In this document: positions 18,481 to 28,359 of the stretch, piece after piece
How positions within the stretch are numbered: the first letter of the stretch is position 1
Layout of the letters: every line of letters begins with the position of its first letter
DNA from: Corallococcus soli
Lineage (GTDB): Bacteria; Myxococcota; Myxococcia; Myxococcales; Myxococcaceae
Direction of reading: 5' to 3'
Assembly: GCF_014930455.1 (NCBI RefSeq)
Contig: NZ_JAAIYO010000008.1
Coordinates: forward strand, 32,367 to 96,366
Length of the DNA stretch: 64,000 nucleotides
Made by a program: the position numbers and the translations under genes
The notes under the pieces: generated by a model
Databases searched by the model: none
What the model saw: the letters and a program-made list of their open reading frames with translations, nothing else
Told to the model about the DNA's origin: nothing

Positions 18481-19374
18481 CTACTTCGCGTCGCCCATGA
18501 CCTCGATGGTGTTCTTGAGCCGCTCCAGGCCCAGGCGCACCAGGGCGCCCCGCAGGTCGGGCTGGCCCAGGAACGCCTTGCGGAACACCTCGCGCTCCAG
18601 CTTGAGCAGCGTGCACGGCGTCACCGTGCGCACGGTGGCGGTGGCCAGCCGGCTGCGCAGCAGGGAGATCTCCCCGAAGAGGGCGCCTTCCTCCAGCAGC
18701 GGGTAGGGCGACTGGCGTCCATCACCGTGCGTGTGGAAGACCTCGCACTTGCCCCGCAGCAGGACGTAGAGCGCGTCGCCCGGCTGGCCCCGGGTGAGCA
18801 GGGTCGTGCCCGCGGGGACGGTGCAGGGCACGAAGGCATCCCCCAGCTCGTGCTGCACTTCCTGGGGCAGGGCGGCGATGAGCGGGTTGCTGCGCAGGGT
18901 GTCCGCGAGCAGGCGCTCCTTCGCGGCCAGCTGCATCTCGTCGCCCTTCACGCCGTAGTCCTTGCCCAGCTCCCGGACGCCGGCCTGGGTCAGCTCCAGC
19001 AGCACCACGTCCTCCACCGTCACCACCGTGGCGGTGCGCTTGGTGCCGGTGAGCAGCGCCAGCTCCCCGAAGAACTCCCCCGCGCCCAGGCGGCCCACCT
19101 CCGTGTTCGCGGCGCCGTCGTTGCCGCGCAGCACGGCGACGCGGCCCTCCAGCACGACGAACATCGAATGGCCGGGGTCGCCCTCGCGCACCACCACCTG
19201 GCCCGCCTGGAGGTAGCGCGTGCAGACGGGGGGCGCGGGGTTCGCCGCTTCCGGCTCCGTCGCCGCCGTGGGGGCGGAGGGTGAGGCGGCGGTCGCGGGC
19301 GCCTGTCCGGCGCGAGCTTCCGGGGCGGCGGGGTGGGCGGACAGCAGGGCCTGGAGGCGCGCGAACAGGGACAT
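18481..19374 (-). CDS. protein with two cyclic-nucleotide-binding (cNMP) domains
   Basis: Two CAP-type cNMP cassettes carry GEFFGELALL and GALFGEISLL glycine motifs, each followed by a conserved RTATV/RLATATVR. Confidence 0.75.
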   Translation of the reverse strand: MSLFARLQALLSAHPAAPEARAGQAPATAASPSAPTAATEPEAANPAPPVCTRYLQAGQVVVREGDPGHSMFVVLEGRVAVLRGNDGAANTEVGRLGAGEFFGELALLTGTKRTATVVTVEDVVLLELTQAGVRELGKDYGVKGDEMQLAAKERLLADTLRSNPLIAALPQEVQHELGDAFVPCTVPAGTTLLTRGQPGDALYVLLRGKCEVFHTHGDGRQSPYPLLEEGALFGEISLLRSRLATATVRTVTPCTLLKLEREVFRKAFLGQPDLRGALVRLGLERLKNTIEVMGDAK

Positions 19375-19623
19375 GGTGCCGCGACGCTAGCGACTGGGTC
19401 AGGTGGAAACTGTGAAATGGTTCACACCCATCGGGCGGGGGGCCGAAAAGCCTGCCGGGCGGGTGGGCAGGTTCCTGCAAAGCCTTGCGGAAATCTTGCG
19501 CGTCGTGTCGGGCTCCGAAGCCTGAAAGGCATTGCGGAGCTGTTTCCAGGGGGTGGCTGCGGCCAGGAGAACGCATCCCCGCGGCTGGAGCCGGACGGGC
19601 TGACTGACTACAGTTGCGTCCCC

Positions 19624-20619
19624 ATGGGAGACACGCTGGACGTCGTCGTGGACCTGGGGGACGTGGGTGAGACGGCTGCGGACGCCGTGCTGCTGAAGTA
19701 CGCGCAGGGCTTCCACGGGGCGGACGGCGCGGTGGCCCGGCGGCTGGAGGGGGTGGGCATCGCCACGGACACCCTCACGGTGCTCCCCGGCGACCACCGC
19801 CTCATCGAGACCCGGGGGGGCCTGGGTTCGCCCTGGGTGCTCTTCCTGGGCACGGTGCGCCTGCGCCAGTTCGGCTACCACGAGATCCGCCAGTTCTCCG
19901 TCCGCGCGCTCCAGCTCCTGGAGCCCCGACCAACCCTCCGCCACCTCGCGTGCACGGTGCACGGCCCCAACTACGGGCTCGACGAGGACGAGGCCGTGCT
20001 GGCCCTGGTGGGCGGCTTCGTGGAGGCCTTCCAGCGTGGGGTGGGGCCGCGCGACCTGGAGCGCATCACGGTGGTGGAGCTCAACCCCAAGCGCATGGAG
20101 CGGATGCGCAAGGCCCTGGCGACAGGCCTGGGCGCCACCGCGGGGGTGGAGCCACTGCCCGGCGGCATGGGGTTCCGCGTCCGGCGCACGCCCCGGTTCG
20201 TCGCGGCGGCCCCCATGGCCAGCGCGGGCGCGAACTCCAACGAGAAGCCCCATGCCTTCGTGGCCATGCCCTTCGCCCAGGAGCTGGAGGACACGTACCA
20301 CTACGGCATCCTGGGGCCGGTGAAGGCCGCCGGGCTGCTCTGCGAGCGGGTGGATCAGGCCACCTTCGACGGCCCCATCATCCAGCGCATCCGGGACCGC
20401 ATCGACACCGCGAAGGTCGTCATCGCGGACCTGTCCCTGGCGAACCCCAACGTGTATCTGGAAGTGGGGTACGCCTGGGGGCGGGGCAAGCCCACGCTCC
20501 TGCTGGTGCGGGACGTGCGGGAGCTGCGCTTCGACGTGTCCAGCTACCGCTGCCTCGTCTATCGCAACATCCGGCACCTGGAAGAGGTGCTCACCCTGGA
20601 ACTTCAGCGGCTCCTCTGA
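19624..20619 (+). CDS. two-domain protein: N-terminal macro-like domain fused to C-terminal nucleoside 2-deoxyribosyltransferase-like (NDT/SLOG-like) domain
   Basis: The N-terminus resembles a macro domain (GDVGETAADAVLLKYAQGFHGADGAVARRL, PGDHRLIETRGGLGSPWVLFLGTV). The C-terminus has the NDT fold hallmarks FVAMPF and VIADLSLANPNVYLEVGYAWGRGKPTLLLV. No signal peptide is present. Confidence 0.5.
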   Translation: MGDTLDVVVDLGDVGETAADAVLLKYAQGFHGADGAVARRLEGVGIATDTLTVLPGDHRLIETRGGLGSPWVLFLGTVRLRQFGYHEIRQFSVRALQLLEPRPTLRHLACTVHGPNYGLDEDEAVLALVGGFVEAFQRGVGPRDLERITVVELNPKRMERMRKALATGLGATAGVEPLPGGMGFRVRRTPRFVAAAPMASAGANSNEKPHAFVAMPFAQELEDTYHYGILGPVKAAGLLCERVDQATFDGPIIQRIRDRIDTAKVVIADLSLANPNVYLEVGYAWGRGKPTLLLVRDVRELRFDVSSYRCLVYRNIRHLEEVLTLELQRLL

Positions 20620-20745
20620 CACCCGTCCACGGGAACGCTCCGGTGGACGCAAGGCCTGAAGCCTCCTCGCGGCCTTGTTGTCGCAGGGGCCGTCTCCACC
20701 TTTCCCTTTGGGACGAGTGCCCCAGGGACGGGTGGAGGAGGAGCC

Positions 20746-21762
20746 ATGAGTGACGCAGAGAAATACCGTGAAGCCTTGCTACGGATTGCCGACGTGGTCC
20801 GCAAGGCGACACAGGAAGACAGTCCGACAGCGCATGAGCACGGGAATGGTCACGGACGCGCGCAGCTCACGCCCGCGAGCCAGGGCGGTTGCACGCTGAA
20901 GCTCCTTCCCAGCCGCCTGCTGGTGAAGGCGGCGGAGGTGGCCAGGAGGATCAACCCGGTCAATGCGCCGCTGCCGGGCCCCATGGCCGCCGTGGGCGCG
21001 GAGTTCCCGTTGGATCCGATGCGCATCGCGCTCCTGACGTCGAAGTACTGGGGGCCGGCCACCCGCCAGTTGACCGTCAGCTTCATGGAGTCCGCACCCT
21101 CCGACCTCCGCGCCCGCATCGTGGAGCACCTGAACGCCTGGGCGATGAGCTCCGGTGTCTCCTTCGTCGAAACGAGCGGGACGGGCGTGGTGAGGATCTC
21201 CCGCGAGCCGGGGGGCTACTGGTCCTACCTGGGGACGGACGTCAAGCTCATCCCCACCGACGAGCCGACGATGAACCTGGAAGGGTTTACGATGCGCACC
21301 CCGGAGTCCGAATACAGCCGCGTCATCCGCCATGAGGCAGGGCACACGCTCGGCTTCCCGCACGAGCACATGCGGCGCGAGCTGGTGGCGCGAATCGACC
21401 CCGACAAGGCCTACGCGTACTTCCTCGCGACGCAGGGCTGGGACAAGACCACGGTGGATCAGCAGGTGCTCACGCCGCTGGATGACCAGTCCATCTTCGC
21501 CACCCCGGCCGACCAGACGTCCATCATGTGCTACCAACTGCCCAGCTCCATCACCCGCGATGGTCACCCCATCCTGGGAGGCCTGGACATCAACGTGACG
21601 GACTACGTGTTCGCGGGCCTCATCTACCCGAAGCTCGACTTCGAGGACATCAAGGCCGTCCGCAAGACGAAGCCGAAGCTCGCGGAGGAGCTCGCCTCCG
21701 CGATGGCACAGGTGGGCGTGAAGGACTGGGGCGAGGCGAGGGATCCGCGGCTGAGCATGTAG
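20746..21762 (+). CDS. cytoplasmic metzincin-like zinc metalloprotease
   Basis: The extended zinc motif HEAGHTLGFPHEH (HExxHxxGxxH) is present with a downstream Met-turn candidate (SIMCY). There is no signal peptide. Confidence 0.6.
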   Translation: MSDAEKYREALLRIADVVRKATQEDSPTAHEHGNGHGRAQLTPASQGGCTLKLLPSRLLVKAAEVARRINPVNAPLPGPMAAVGAEFPLDPMRIALLTSKYWGPATRQLTVSFMESAPSDLRARIVEHLNAWAMSSGVSFVETSGTGVVRISREPGGYWSYLGTDVKLIPTDEPTMNLEGFTMRTPESEYSRVIRHEAGHTLGFPHEHMRRELVARIDPDKAYAYFLATQGWDKTTVDQQVLTPLDDQSIFATPADQTSIMCYQLPSSITRDGHPILGGLDINVTDYVFAGLIYPKLDFEDIKAVRKTKPKLAEELASAMAQVGVKDWGEARDPRLSM

Positions 21763-21764
21763 CC

Positions 21765-22844
21765 CTACCAGCCGCGCGCCGTGACCTCCCAGGTGGCCAC
21801 GCCCTGAACACCACGGACGACGTGCAGGCGCGGGTGCAGGGGGACGGAAACACAGACATGGTTCGGCACCACGCGCACCCGGTCTCCGATGCGCGGTCGC
21901 CACGTCGTCGCGGACACGTCCAGCAGGCCGTGCTCCTCCGACAGGTTCTTCACCACGATCTCCGGCCGGTCCAGGAGGACGCCGTACCCCGGGGCCAGCC
22001 CCTCCTCCTTGGCGAGCGCCTTGGCCCCCGCGTCGATGACCACCTGCCCGGCCACGGCGGTGCTCACCACGGTGGCCAGGACCGAATAGGCGCACTCCGT
22101 CCAGTCGTTGGCGCCGATGACGGTGCTGTTGCGATCATTCAGCGCGTTGAGGCCCGGGCGGATCTCCGTGAGCCCTTGCACCGTGTGGGATTGCCAGAGG
22201 GTGGGGGTGGAGCCGCCGCTCACGACCTCGGGAGGCAGGCCCGCGCCGCGCAGGGCGTCCACGAACGACGCCAGTGTCTGGGATTGCGCCTGCATCGCGG
22301 CGGGCAGCTCCGCCTGGGGCATCCGGAGGTGGCCGGAATAGAACGTCACCCCGCGAAAGGACACGCCGGGCGTGGAGGCCGCCACGCGGGCCAGGGCGAC
22401 GGCCTCGTCAGGCGTCTTCAGCCCCACCCGGCGCATGCCCAGGTCCAGCTCCACCAGCACGCCCACGGTGCGCCCCGCGTCCCGGGCCGCACGCGCCAGT
22501 CCGTCCAGCACCTCCACGGCGTCGAGCGCCACGGTGATGCGCACATGGGAGGGGAGGGCCAGCAACCGCGCGAGGCGGCGGGCCCCCACGGGCGGGTACG
22601 CGAGCAGCACGTCGTCGGACACCGCCGCCATGACCTCGGCTTCCAGGACCGTGGACACCGTGACGCCCGATGCTCCGGCCGCCACCTGGAGCGCGCCCAG
22701 CTCCGCCGTCTTGTGGGTCTTCGTGTGGGGCCGCCAGCGCAGTCCGTGCTCGCGCGCATAGGTCGCGACGCGCTGGAGGTTCCGCTCGACGCGGTCCAGG
22801 TCGACGAGGGCGGCGGGCGTGTCGAGCGAGTCGAAGGAGGGCAT
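21765..22844 (-). CDS. PLP-dependent D-serine deaminase / D-threonine aldolase-like enzyme (alanine racemase N-domain family)
   Basis: The PLP-lysine region is WRPHTKTHKTAELG. The fold-type III barrel is followed by the C-terminal D-Ser dehydratase-like domain (NHVCVSVPLH). The start at MPSFDSL (22844) is preferred. Confidence 0.7.
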   Translation of the reverse strand: MPSFDSLDTPAALVDLDRVERNLQRVATYAREHGLRWRPHTKTHKTAELGALQVAAGASGVTVSTVLEAEVMAAVSDDVLLAYPPVGARRLARLLALPSHVRITVALDAVEVLDGLARAARDAGRTVGVLVELDLGMRRVGLKTPDEAVALARVAASTPGVSFRGVTFYSGHLRMPQAELPAAMQAQSQTLASFVDALRGAGLPPEVVSGGSTPTLWQSHTVQGLTEIRPGLNALNDRNSTVIGANDWTECAYSVLATVVSTAVAGQVVIDAGAKALAKEEGLAPGYGVLLDRPEIVVKNLSEEHGLLDVSATTWRPRIGDRVRVVPNHVCVSVPLHPRLHVVRGVQGVATWEVTARGW

Positions 22845-22982
22845 GCGGCCCATGCTGGCACCGGGCGCTCAAGCCCTCCAGAACTACCGTCGAGGATGTT
22901 CGAACCGACGTGCGGCGGCAACGTCACCTGATCCACGCACAGCCCGGACCTTCTTCGGATGCTGTTAGTGTCCGGCCCTCCC

Positions 22983-23852
22983 ATGCACGAACACCTCCTC
23001 GACCGCGATGGCGTCCGCATCTCCTATCAGGTGGCCGGGCCCCTCCAGGCGGCACCCGTGCTCCTGCTCGCCGGCAACGGGTGCGGTGCCAGCTACTGGC
23101 CCGATGCGTTCTGCGCGCCGCTGCTCCAGGCCGGCCTGGGCGTCATCCGCTTCGACTACCGCGACACGGGGGCCTCCACGCACCGTGCCTTCGAGGCGCA
23201 CCCCTATGACCTCGACGACCTCTCTGGCGATGTCCTCGCGATCCTCGATGCACTGAACTTGGAGCGAGCGCATCTGGTGGGGCTGTCGATGGGAGGCTTC
23301 CTGGCACAGCGGATCGCCCTCCGCACACCGCGTCGCGTGGCCTCGCTGACGAGCATGCTGTCCACGCCGGACTATGGGGTGCTGCTCCACACGTTCTGCG
23401 GAAGTGAGGCCCCTACGTCGGGGCTGCCGCCTCCTTCGGCGGAATGGCTCGCGGAGCTTGGACGTCTGCCGCCGAACCTGTCCCCGTCCGAGCTGCTCAC
23501 CGAGAGCTGGCGGCTCGCGAACGGCCCGCGCGCACCCTTCGATGCGGTCTATTGGCAGGACCTGGTGGCGACCGCCGCCGCGCGGGGTGAAGACGCGGCG
23601 GCCGGGGATTTCCACCGCCAGGCCTGCCTGCGCAGCTCACAGAAGGATCAACTCCAGGCCTTGCGCCGCCTCACGGTACCGGCCCTGTTCATTGGCGGGT
23701 CCGAGGATCCCATCTTCCCGCCAGGGCACGCGGCCGCGGCGGCCGACGTCTCCGGTGGGAAGGCCTTGCTCATCGACGGAATGGGACATGCCCTGAATCC
23801 CGCCTGCTTCGACGCCGTCACGGCCGCGATCCTCGCGCACGTCCAGGCCTGA
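22983..23852 (+). CDS. alpha/beta hydrolase
   Basis: The nucleophile elbow is HLVGLSMGG. The acid/His region is IGGSEDPIF...GMGHAL. Confidence 0.75.
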   Translation: MHEHLLDRDGVRISYQVAGPLQAAPVLLLAGNGCGASYWPDAFCAPLLQAGLGVIRFDYRDTGASTHRAFEAHPYDLDDLSGDVLAILDALNLERAHLVGLSMGGFLAQRIALRTPRRVASLTSMLSTPDYGVLLHTFCGSEAPTSGLPPPSAEWLAELGRLPPNLSPSELLTESWRLANGPRAPFDAVYWQDLVATAAARGEDAAAGDFHRQACLRSSQKDQLQALRRLTVPALFIGGSEDPIFPPGHAAAAADVSGGKALLIDGMGHALNPACFDAVTAAILAHVQA

Positions 23853-23929
23853 GCGCCGGTCGGCGTCTTGCCCTGAAGGGCCGCCCACGCCGTCATGCTG
23901 GGGGGCTGTTCGAGGCCCGCCGGTGGGCG

Positions 23930-24358
23930 CTACGCCGACGCCGCCGGCTCGAAGCTGATGCGCGGGCGCTGCCATGCCCAGCCGCCCGCCTTCAGCGTGG
24001 CCATCGCCTGCGCATCCAGCTCCCGCAGCGCCGCCAGCACCGCCGCCGGGGGACGGGGCGCACCCGGCGCGCTCTCCACCTCGAAGCGGGCCGGAATGGA
24101 GCTGGCTTCCTGGCCGCCCATCACCACGCGGACCTGACAGTTCTGCGGCGACAGCTCCGTCTCCCCGGACCAGGACACGTCCTGGACGAACAGGTCCACC
24201 GCGCCCAGCACCTTCTGCCCGCGCAGCTTCGCCACCACCGCGTCCAGCGACCCCTTCGCGCGTTCATTCCGCCGCTTCCCCAGGCGGGTGAGCGTGAACC
24301 AGGCGAGGCCGCCCGCGAGGATGGGCGAGAGGATGAGGAAGGGGATGAGCTGGTTCAT
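23930..24358 (-). CDS. hypothetical membrane protein
   Basis: The N-terminal TM helix is MNQLIPFLILSPILAGGLAWFTL. A 120 aa soluble domain follows. Confidence 0.4.
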   Translation of the reverse strand: MNQLIPFLILSPILAGGLAWFTLTRLGKRRNERAKGSLDAVVAKLRGQKVLGAVDLFVQDVSWSGETELSPQNCQVRVVMGGQEASSIPARFEVESAPGAPRPPAAVLAALRELDAQAMATLKAGGWAWQRPRISFEPAASA

Positions 24359-24437
24359 GGGGCGGCAGGGTGCCACGAAAAGCAGGAAAGAAGATGCCCG
24401 TCCTTCCACTCGGGGAAGGACGGGCGGATGAATCCGA

Positions 24438-26618
24438 CTACTGCGGCGCGGGCGCGGTGGGCTTCTTCGTCGCGTTGGGCTTGTACGTCATGCCCAGCTC
24501 GTTGAAGACGAAGGAGTAGACGTCCACCTCCTCCTCGATGCGCGCGTTCAGCGGCGTGCCGGCGCCGTGGCCCGTCTCCGCGTTGGCGCGCAGGAGGATG
24601 GGCTTCGGGGCGCTGGTGGCCGCCTGCATCCGGGCCACCATCTTGCGCGAGTGGAACGGATCCACGCGCGGGTCATTGGCCCCGGAGGTGAAGAGCACGG
24701 ACGGATACTTCGTGCCGTCCTTCACCTGGTGCACCGGCGAATAGGCATACAGCGCCTTGAACTGCTCCGGGTCCTTCACGCTGCCGTACTCCGTCACGTT
24801 GAACTGGCCGTTGGGCGTCAGCTCCGTGCGCAGCATGTCGTAGATGCCCACGCGCGCCACCACCGCGCCGTACTGCTCCGGGTGCTGCGTCACGGCCGCG
24901 CCCATCAGCAGGCCGCCGTTGCTGCCGCCCTGGATGGCCAGCTTCTTCGGCTGCGTGTACTTCTGGTCCACCAGCAGCTTCGCGCACGCGTAGAAGTCGT
25001 CGAACACGTTCTGCTTCTTCGTGAGCGAGCCGGCCTGGTGCCAGGCCTCACCGAACTCCGAGCCGCCGCGCAGGTTCGCCACCGCGTACACGCCGCCCTG
25101 TTCCAGCCACAGCCCCGCCATGGGGTTGTAGCCGGGCGTGATGGAGATGTTGAAGCCGCCGTAGCCCGTGAGCCACGCCGGGTTCTTCCCGTTCAGCTTC
25201 GTGCCCTTCTTCTTCAGGATGGTCAGCGGCACCTTGGTGCCGTCCTTGGACGTGGCCTCCGTGCGCACCACCTCCACGTCGCTCATGTCGATGGCCGCCG
25301 TGCGCGCCAGCGCCGTCTTCGTCACCTTGCCGTCCGCCGCGGAATAGCGGTACCACGCGGCCGGCGTCGTGAAGCTGCTGTTGGCGAACAGCACGTCGTC
25401 CGCGCCCTGGCGCACCGCGCCGCCCACCGACGACACCGGCAGCGTGGGCACCAGCCCCAGCGGCTTGCCCGCCAGATCCACGATGCGCATCTGCGACGGC
25501 CCGCCCAACTGCTCCATCAGGTACAGCCGGCTCTTCGTGGGGAGGATGGACTGCACCGTGGCCTCGCCCTCCGGGACGATGACCGTCGCCTTGTCCAGCG
25601 TCGGCGTGGCCAGCGGCAGGCGCAGCACCTTGCCCCGGGAGGCGTCCTTGCGGCTGAGCAGGTACGCCGCGCCGTCGCTGCCGAAGCGCGCCGACACCAC
25701 CTTGTCCGTGAACTTCGCCACCTGCGCCCACTTGCCGGTGGGGCCGTGCAGGTACAGCTCGAACTCGCCGCCGTCCCCGTTGGCCACGCGCGCGAACGTG
25801 TACTTGCCGTCGTCGCTGGCCTCCAGGTCCGTCATCGCGATGCGCGGGAAATCCTTGCCCAGCGCGTACGTGTCCTTCTCCGTGGGCGTGCCCAGCGCGT
25901 GGAAGTACACCTGCTGGTACACCTCGCGGTCGATGGCGGGACGCTCCTCGCCGCGCGGATAGCGCGTGTAGAAGAAGCCCGTGCCCTGCGCGTTCCACGC
26001 GAGGCTGCCGCCCGCCGTGCCGCCGTTGACGCGCGGGACGACGTCGTTGCCCAGCGCCTTCGCCGTGGCCACGTCGTACACCGACACGTCACCGCTCTCC
26101 GTGCCGCTCTTGGACAGCGACACCGCCACCTTCTTGCCGTCGTGCGTGAGCTGGAACCAGTCGATGGTCGTCTTGCCGGACGGGTCCACCTGCGTGGGAT
26201 CCAACAGCACGCGCTCCTTCGACGTGTCGTCCAGCGAGCCCAGGACGACGAGCGTCGGCTGCTGCTTCGGCGGCTGGAACTTCATCGCCAGGATGACGCC
26301 GCCCTTCTCCTCCAGGCCCCCGTACGCGGGGGACTTCCACGACAGCAGCTCGGTGATGCGCTGGCGCAGGCCCTCGCGTCCCGGCAGCTTGTCCAGCGTC
26401 GCGCGGGTGTACGCGTTCTGGGTGTCGGTCCACTGCTGCACCTTGGGGTCGGTGGCGGACTCCATCCACTGGTACGGATCCGCCACCGTGGTGCCGTGGT
26501 AGGTGTTCTCCACGGGCTGCTTCTGCGTGGCGGCGGGCTTCGGGGGCGGCTTGCCCGCGGCTCCGGACACGAGCGGCAGGAGCAGCGCGGCGGTGGCGAC
26601 TGCGGTCTTCAGCTTCAC
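24438..26618 (-). CDS. prolyl oligopeptidase (S9A family)
   Basis: The signal peptide is followed by a beta-propeller and a peptidase domain with the catalytic Ser motif GGSNGGLLMG. The C-terminal Asp/His region is present. GTG start at 26618 with an AGGTGA Shine-Dalgarno. Confidence 0.85.
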   Translation of the reverse strand: MKLKTAVATAALLLPLVSGAAGKPPPKPAATQKQPVENTYHGTTVADPYQWMESATDPKVQQWTDTQNAYTRATLDKLPGREGLRQRITELLSWKSPAYGGLEEKGGVILAMKFQPPKQQPTLVVLGSLDDTSKERVLLDPTQVDPSGKTTIDWFQLTHDGKKVAVSLSKSGTESGDVSVYDVATAKALGNDVVPRVNGGTAGGSLAWNAQGTGFFYTRYPRGEERPAIDREVYQQVYFHALGTPTEKDTYALGKDFPRIAMTDLEASDDGKYTFARVANGDGGEFELYLHGPTGKWAQVAKFTDKVVSARFGSDGAAYLLSRKDASRGKVLRLPLATPTLDKATVIVPEGEATVQSILPTKSRLYLMEQLGGPSQMRIVDLAGKPLGLVPTLPVSSVGGAVRQGADDVLFANSSFTTPAAWYRYSAADGKVTKTALARTAAIDMSDVEVVRTEATSKDGTKVPLTILKKKGTKLNGKNPAWLTGYGGFNISITPGYNPMAGLWLEQGGVYAVANLRGGSEFGEAWHQAGSLTKKQNVFDDFYACAKLLVDQKYTQPKKLAIQGGSNGGLLMGAAVTQHPEQYGAVVARVGIYDMLRTELTPNGQFNVTEYGSVKDPEQFKALYAYSPVHQVKDGTKYPSVLFTSGANDPRVDPFHSRKMVARMQAATSAPKPILLRANAETGHGAGTPLNARIEEEVDVYSFVFNELGMTYKPNATKKPTAPAPQ

Positions 26619-26661
26619 GGTTCACCTCGCATGTTGTGCCCTGGCACAGCGCCCTGCCGGC

Positions 26662-28155
26662 TCATCGCAGGGGCAGCTCCACCAGGGCGGTGGAGAAGAC
26701 GTCGAAGGTCTCGTTGGCGTTGGGCTTCGTGCCCTCGTCCATGTTGCCGAGCATCAGCGCGAAGACGACGCGCGGGTGCTCCACGTCATTGGGGCGCTCG
26801 GCCACGCCCACGAAGCACTTCTGGCCCGTCAGCGTGCCCGTCTTCGCGCGGACGCGGCCCGCGGTGGCCGGCGTGGTGGGCCGTCCCGCCAGCGTCCCGT
26901 CCACGCCCAGCACCGGCAGGCTGTCCACCAGCGCCGGGCCATACGGCTCCTGGAGGCTGGTGAGGATGACGCGCGCCATGCCCCGGGGCGTGGCCAGGTT
27001 GTAGCGGGACAGGCCGCTGCCATCCACCGGCCGCAGGTCCTTGGAGGGCACGCCCCGGCGCACCAGCTCCGCGGCCAGGGCCGTGCGCAGCGCGGCGAAG
27101 CCCTCCTGGCCGGTGCGCTCGCGCGCGAAGCGCATGCCCAGCCGCTCCGCGTACAGGTTGAGGCTCTCCTTGTTCGTCACGCGCACCAGCTCCGACAGGG
27201 GCGGGCTCGTCAGCTCCACCAGGGGCAGCGGCACGGGCGGCATGGGGGAGGTGGGGGCCTCCAGCGTGAGCGGCAGGCGCGTGACGCCCTTGCGGGCCAG
27301 CGCGTCGTCCACGCACGCGGCGAAGAGCTCCTGCGGCGCGTCCACGGACAGCCTCACGCCGGCGGACTGGGGGCAGGGGCCGCCCCGGGGCGAGCGCCAG
27401 GTGCAGCGCACCTCGCCGCCTCCGCGCATGCAGGAGAGGTTCGTGCGCTCCGCGTTGGCGTCCACGCGCACCACCGCGGCCAGCGTGGCGAAGGTGGGGG
27501 TGAGCTGCACGGTGGGCGCGTCCGCGCAGGCGGCGCCGGGCGCGCGCGTGAGGGCCAGGTCCACCACGTTCTCACGGAAGACGAAGGGGGTGGGCGCCGC
27601 GCTGTAGGCATACGCGGCGTCGTCCCACGCCCACCCGGGCCCCATCAGGCCGTCCACGCCGTCCGTGCCGGCGATGCGCACGCTGCCGCGCCACTGGTGG
27701 ATGCCGCGCGCCTGGAAGGCCTCCGCGATGCGGTCGCACGCGAGCGCCGTCTCCGGGAAGCGCCAGGAGCCCAGGGACGGGTCGCCGGACGCCTGCGCCA
27801 CCACGTCCCCCAGGAACAGGCCCCCCACCTGCGAGCCCTCCAGGAACACCGGCGTCACGAAGCGGAAGTCCGCCCCCAGCGCGGACAGCACCGCGGACGT
27901 GGACACCACCTTCATCGTGGACGCGGGCAAGAGCCGCACGTTCTCCCGGTGCGTGAAGAGCGGCTCGCCGGTGCGCGCGTCCACCACATACGCGCCCGCG
28001 AGCGCCCCGTCGGCCTCCAGGGTCTGGAGCAGGGCCTTCGTCACCCCGCCCAGGGTGTTGCCCGGGGAGGCCTCCGGCGTGGGCGGCCCGTGGGCGCAGG
28101 CGGACAGGAGGACGGAGGCGGTGGAGACGCTGGCGAACAGGAGGGCGCGGCGCAT
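26662..28155 (-). CDS. dacB: D-alanyl-D-alanine carboxypeptidase/endopeptidase PBP4 (S13 family)
   Basis: The signal peptide is MRRALLFASVSTASVLLSAC. The active-site SxxK is ASTMKV. The PBP4 three-domain layout is present. Confidence 0.8.
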   Translation of the reverse strand: MRRALLFASVSTASVLLSACAHGPPTPEASPGNTLGGVTKALLQTLEADGALAGAYVVDARTGEPLFTHRENVRLLPASTMKVVSTSAVLSALGADFRFVTPVFLEGSQVGGLFLGDVVAQASGDPSLGSWRFPETALACDRIAEAFQARGIHQWRGSVRIAGTDGVDGLMGPGWAWDDAAYAYSAAPTPFVFRENVVDLALTRAPGAACADAPTVQLTPTFATLAAVVRVDANAERTNLSCMRGGGEVRCTWRSPRGGPCPQSAGVRLSVDAPQELFAACVDDALARKGVTRLPLTLEAPTSPMPPVPLPLVELTSPPLSELVRVTNKESLNLYAERLGMRFARERTGQEGFAALRTALAAELVRRGVPSKDLRPVDGSGLSRYNLATPRGMARVILTSLQEPYGPALVDSLPVLGVDGTLAGRPTTPATAGRVRAKTGTLTGQKCFVGVAERPNDVEHPRVVFALMLGNMDEGTKPNANETFDVFSTALVELPLR

Positions 28156-28359
28156 GGGGGCGGCCACCGTATGTCGCGCTCCTGGGAGTGTCATCGTTTC
28201 CGGCCGGCGGGGAAGGGCCGAGGCGTGCACGGGTGGACGCCCGGCAGGGGAGCCCGGGGCGCGCAACGGCCGGGGGGACCGGCTATTCCCGGCGCGCTTC
28301 GTCCAGCCACGCCGAGTGCCTTGACGCCACGGCACCGGACGCCCATCCTGCCGCGCCCC

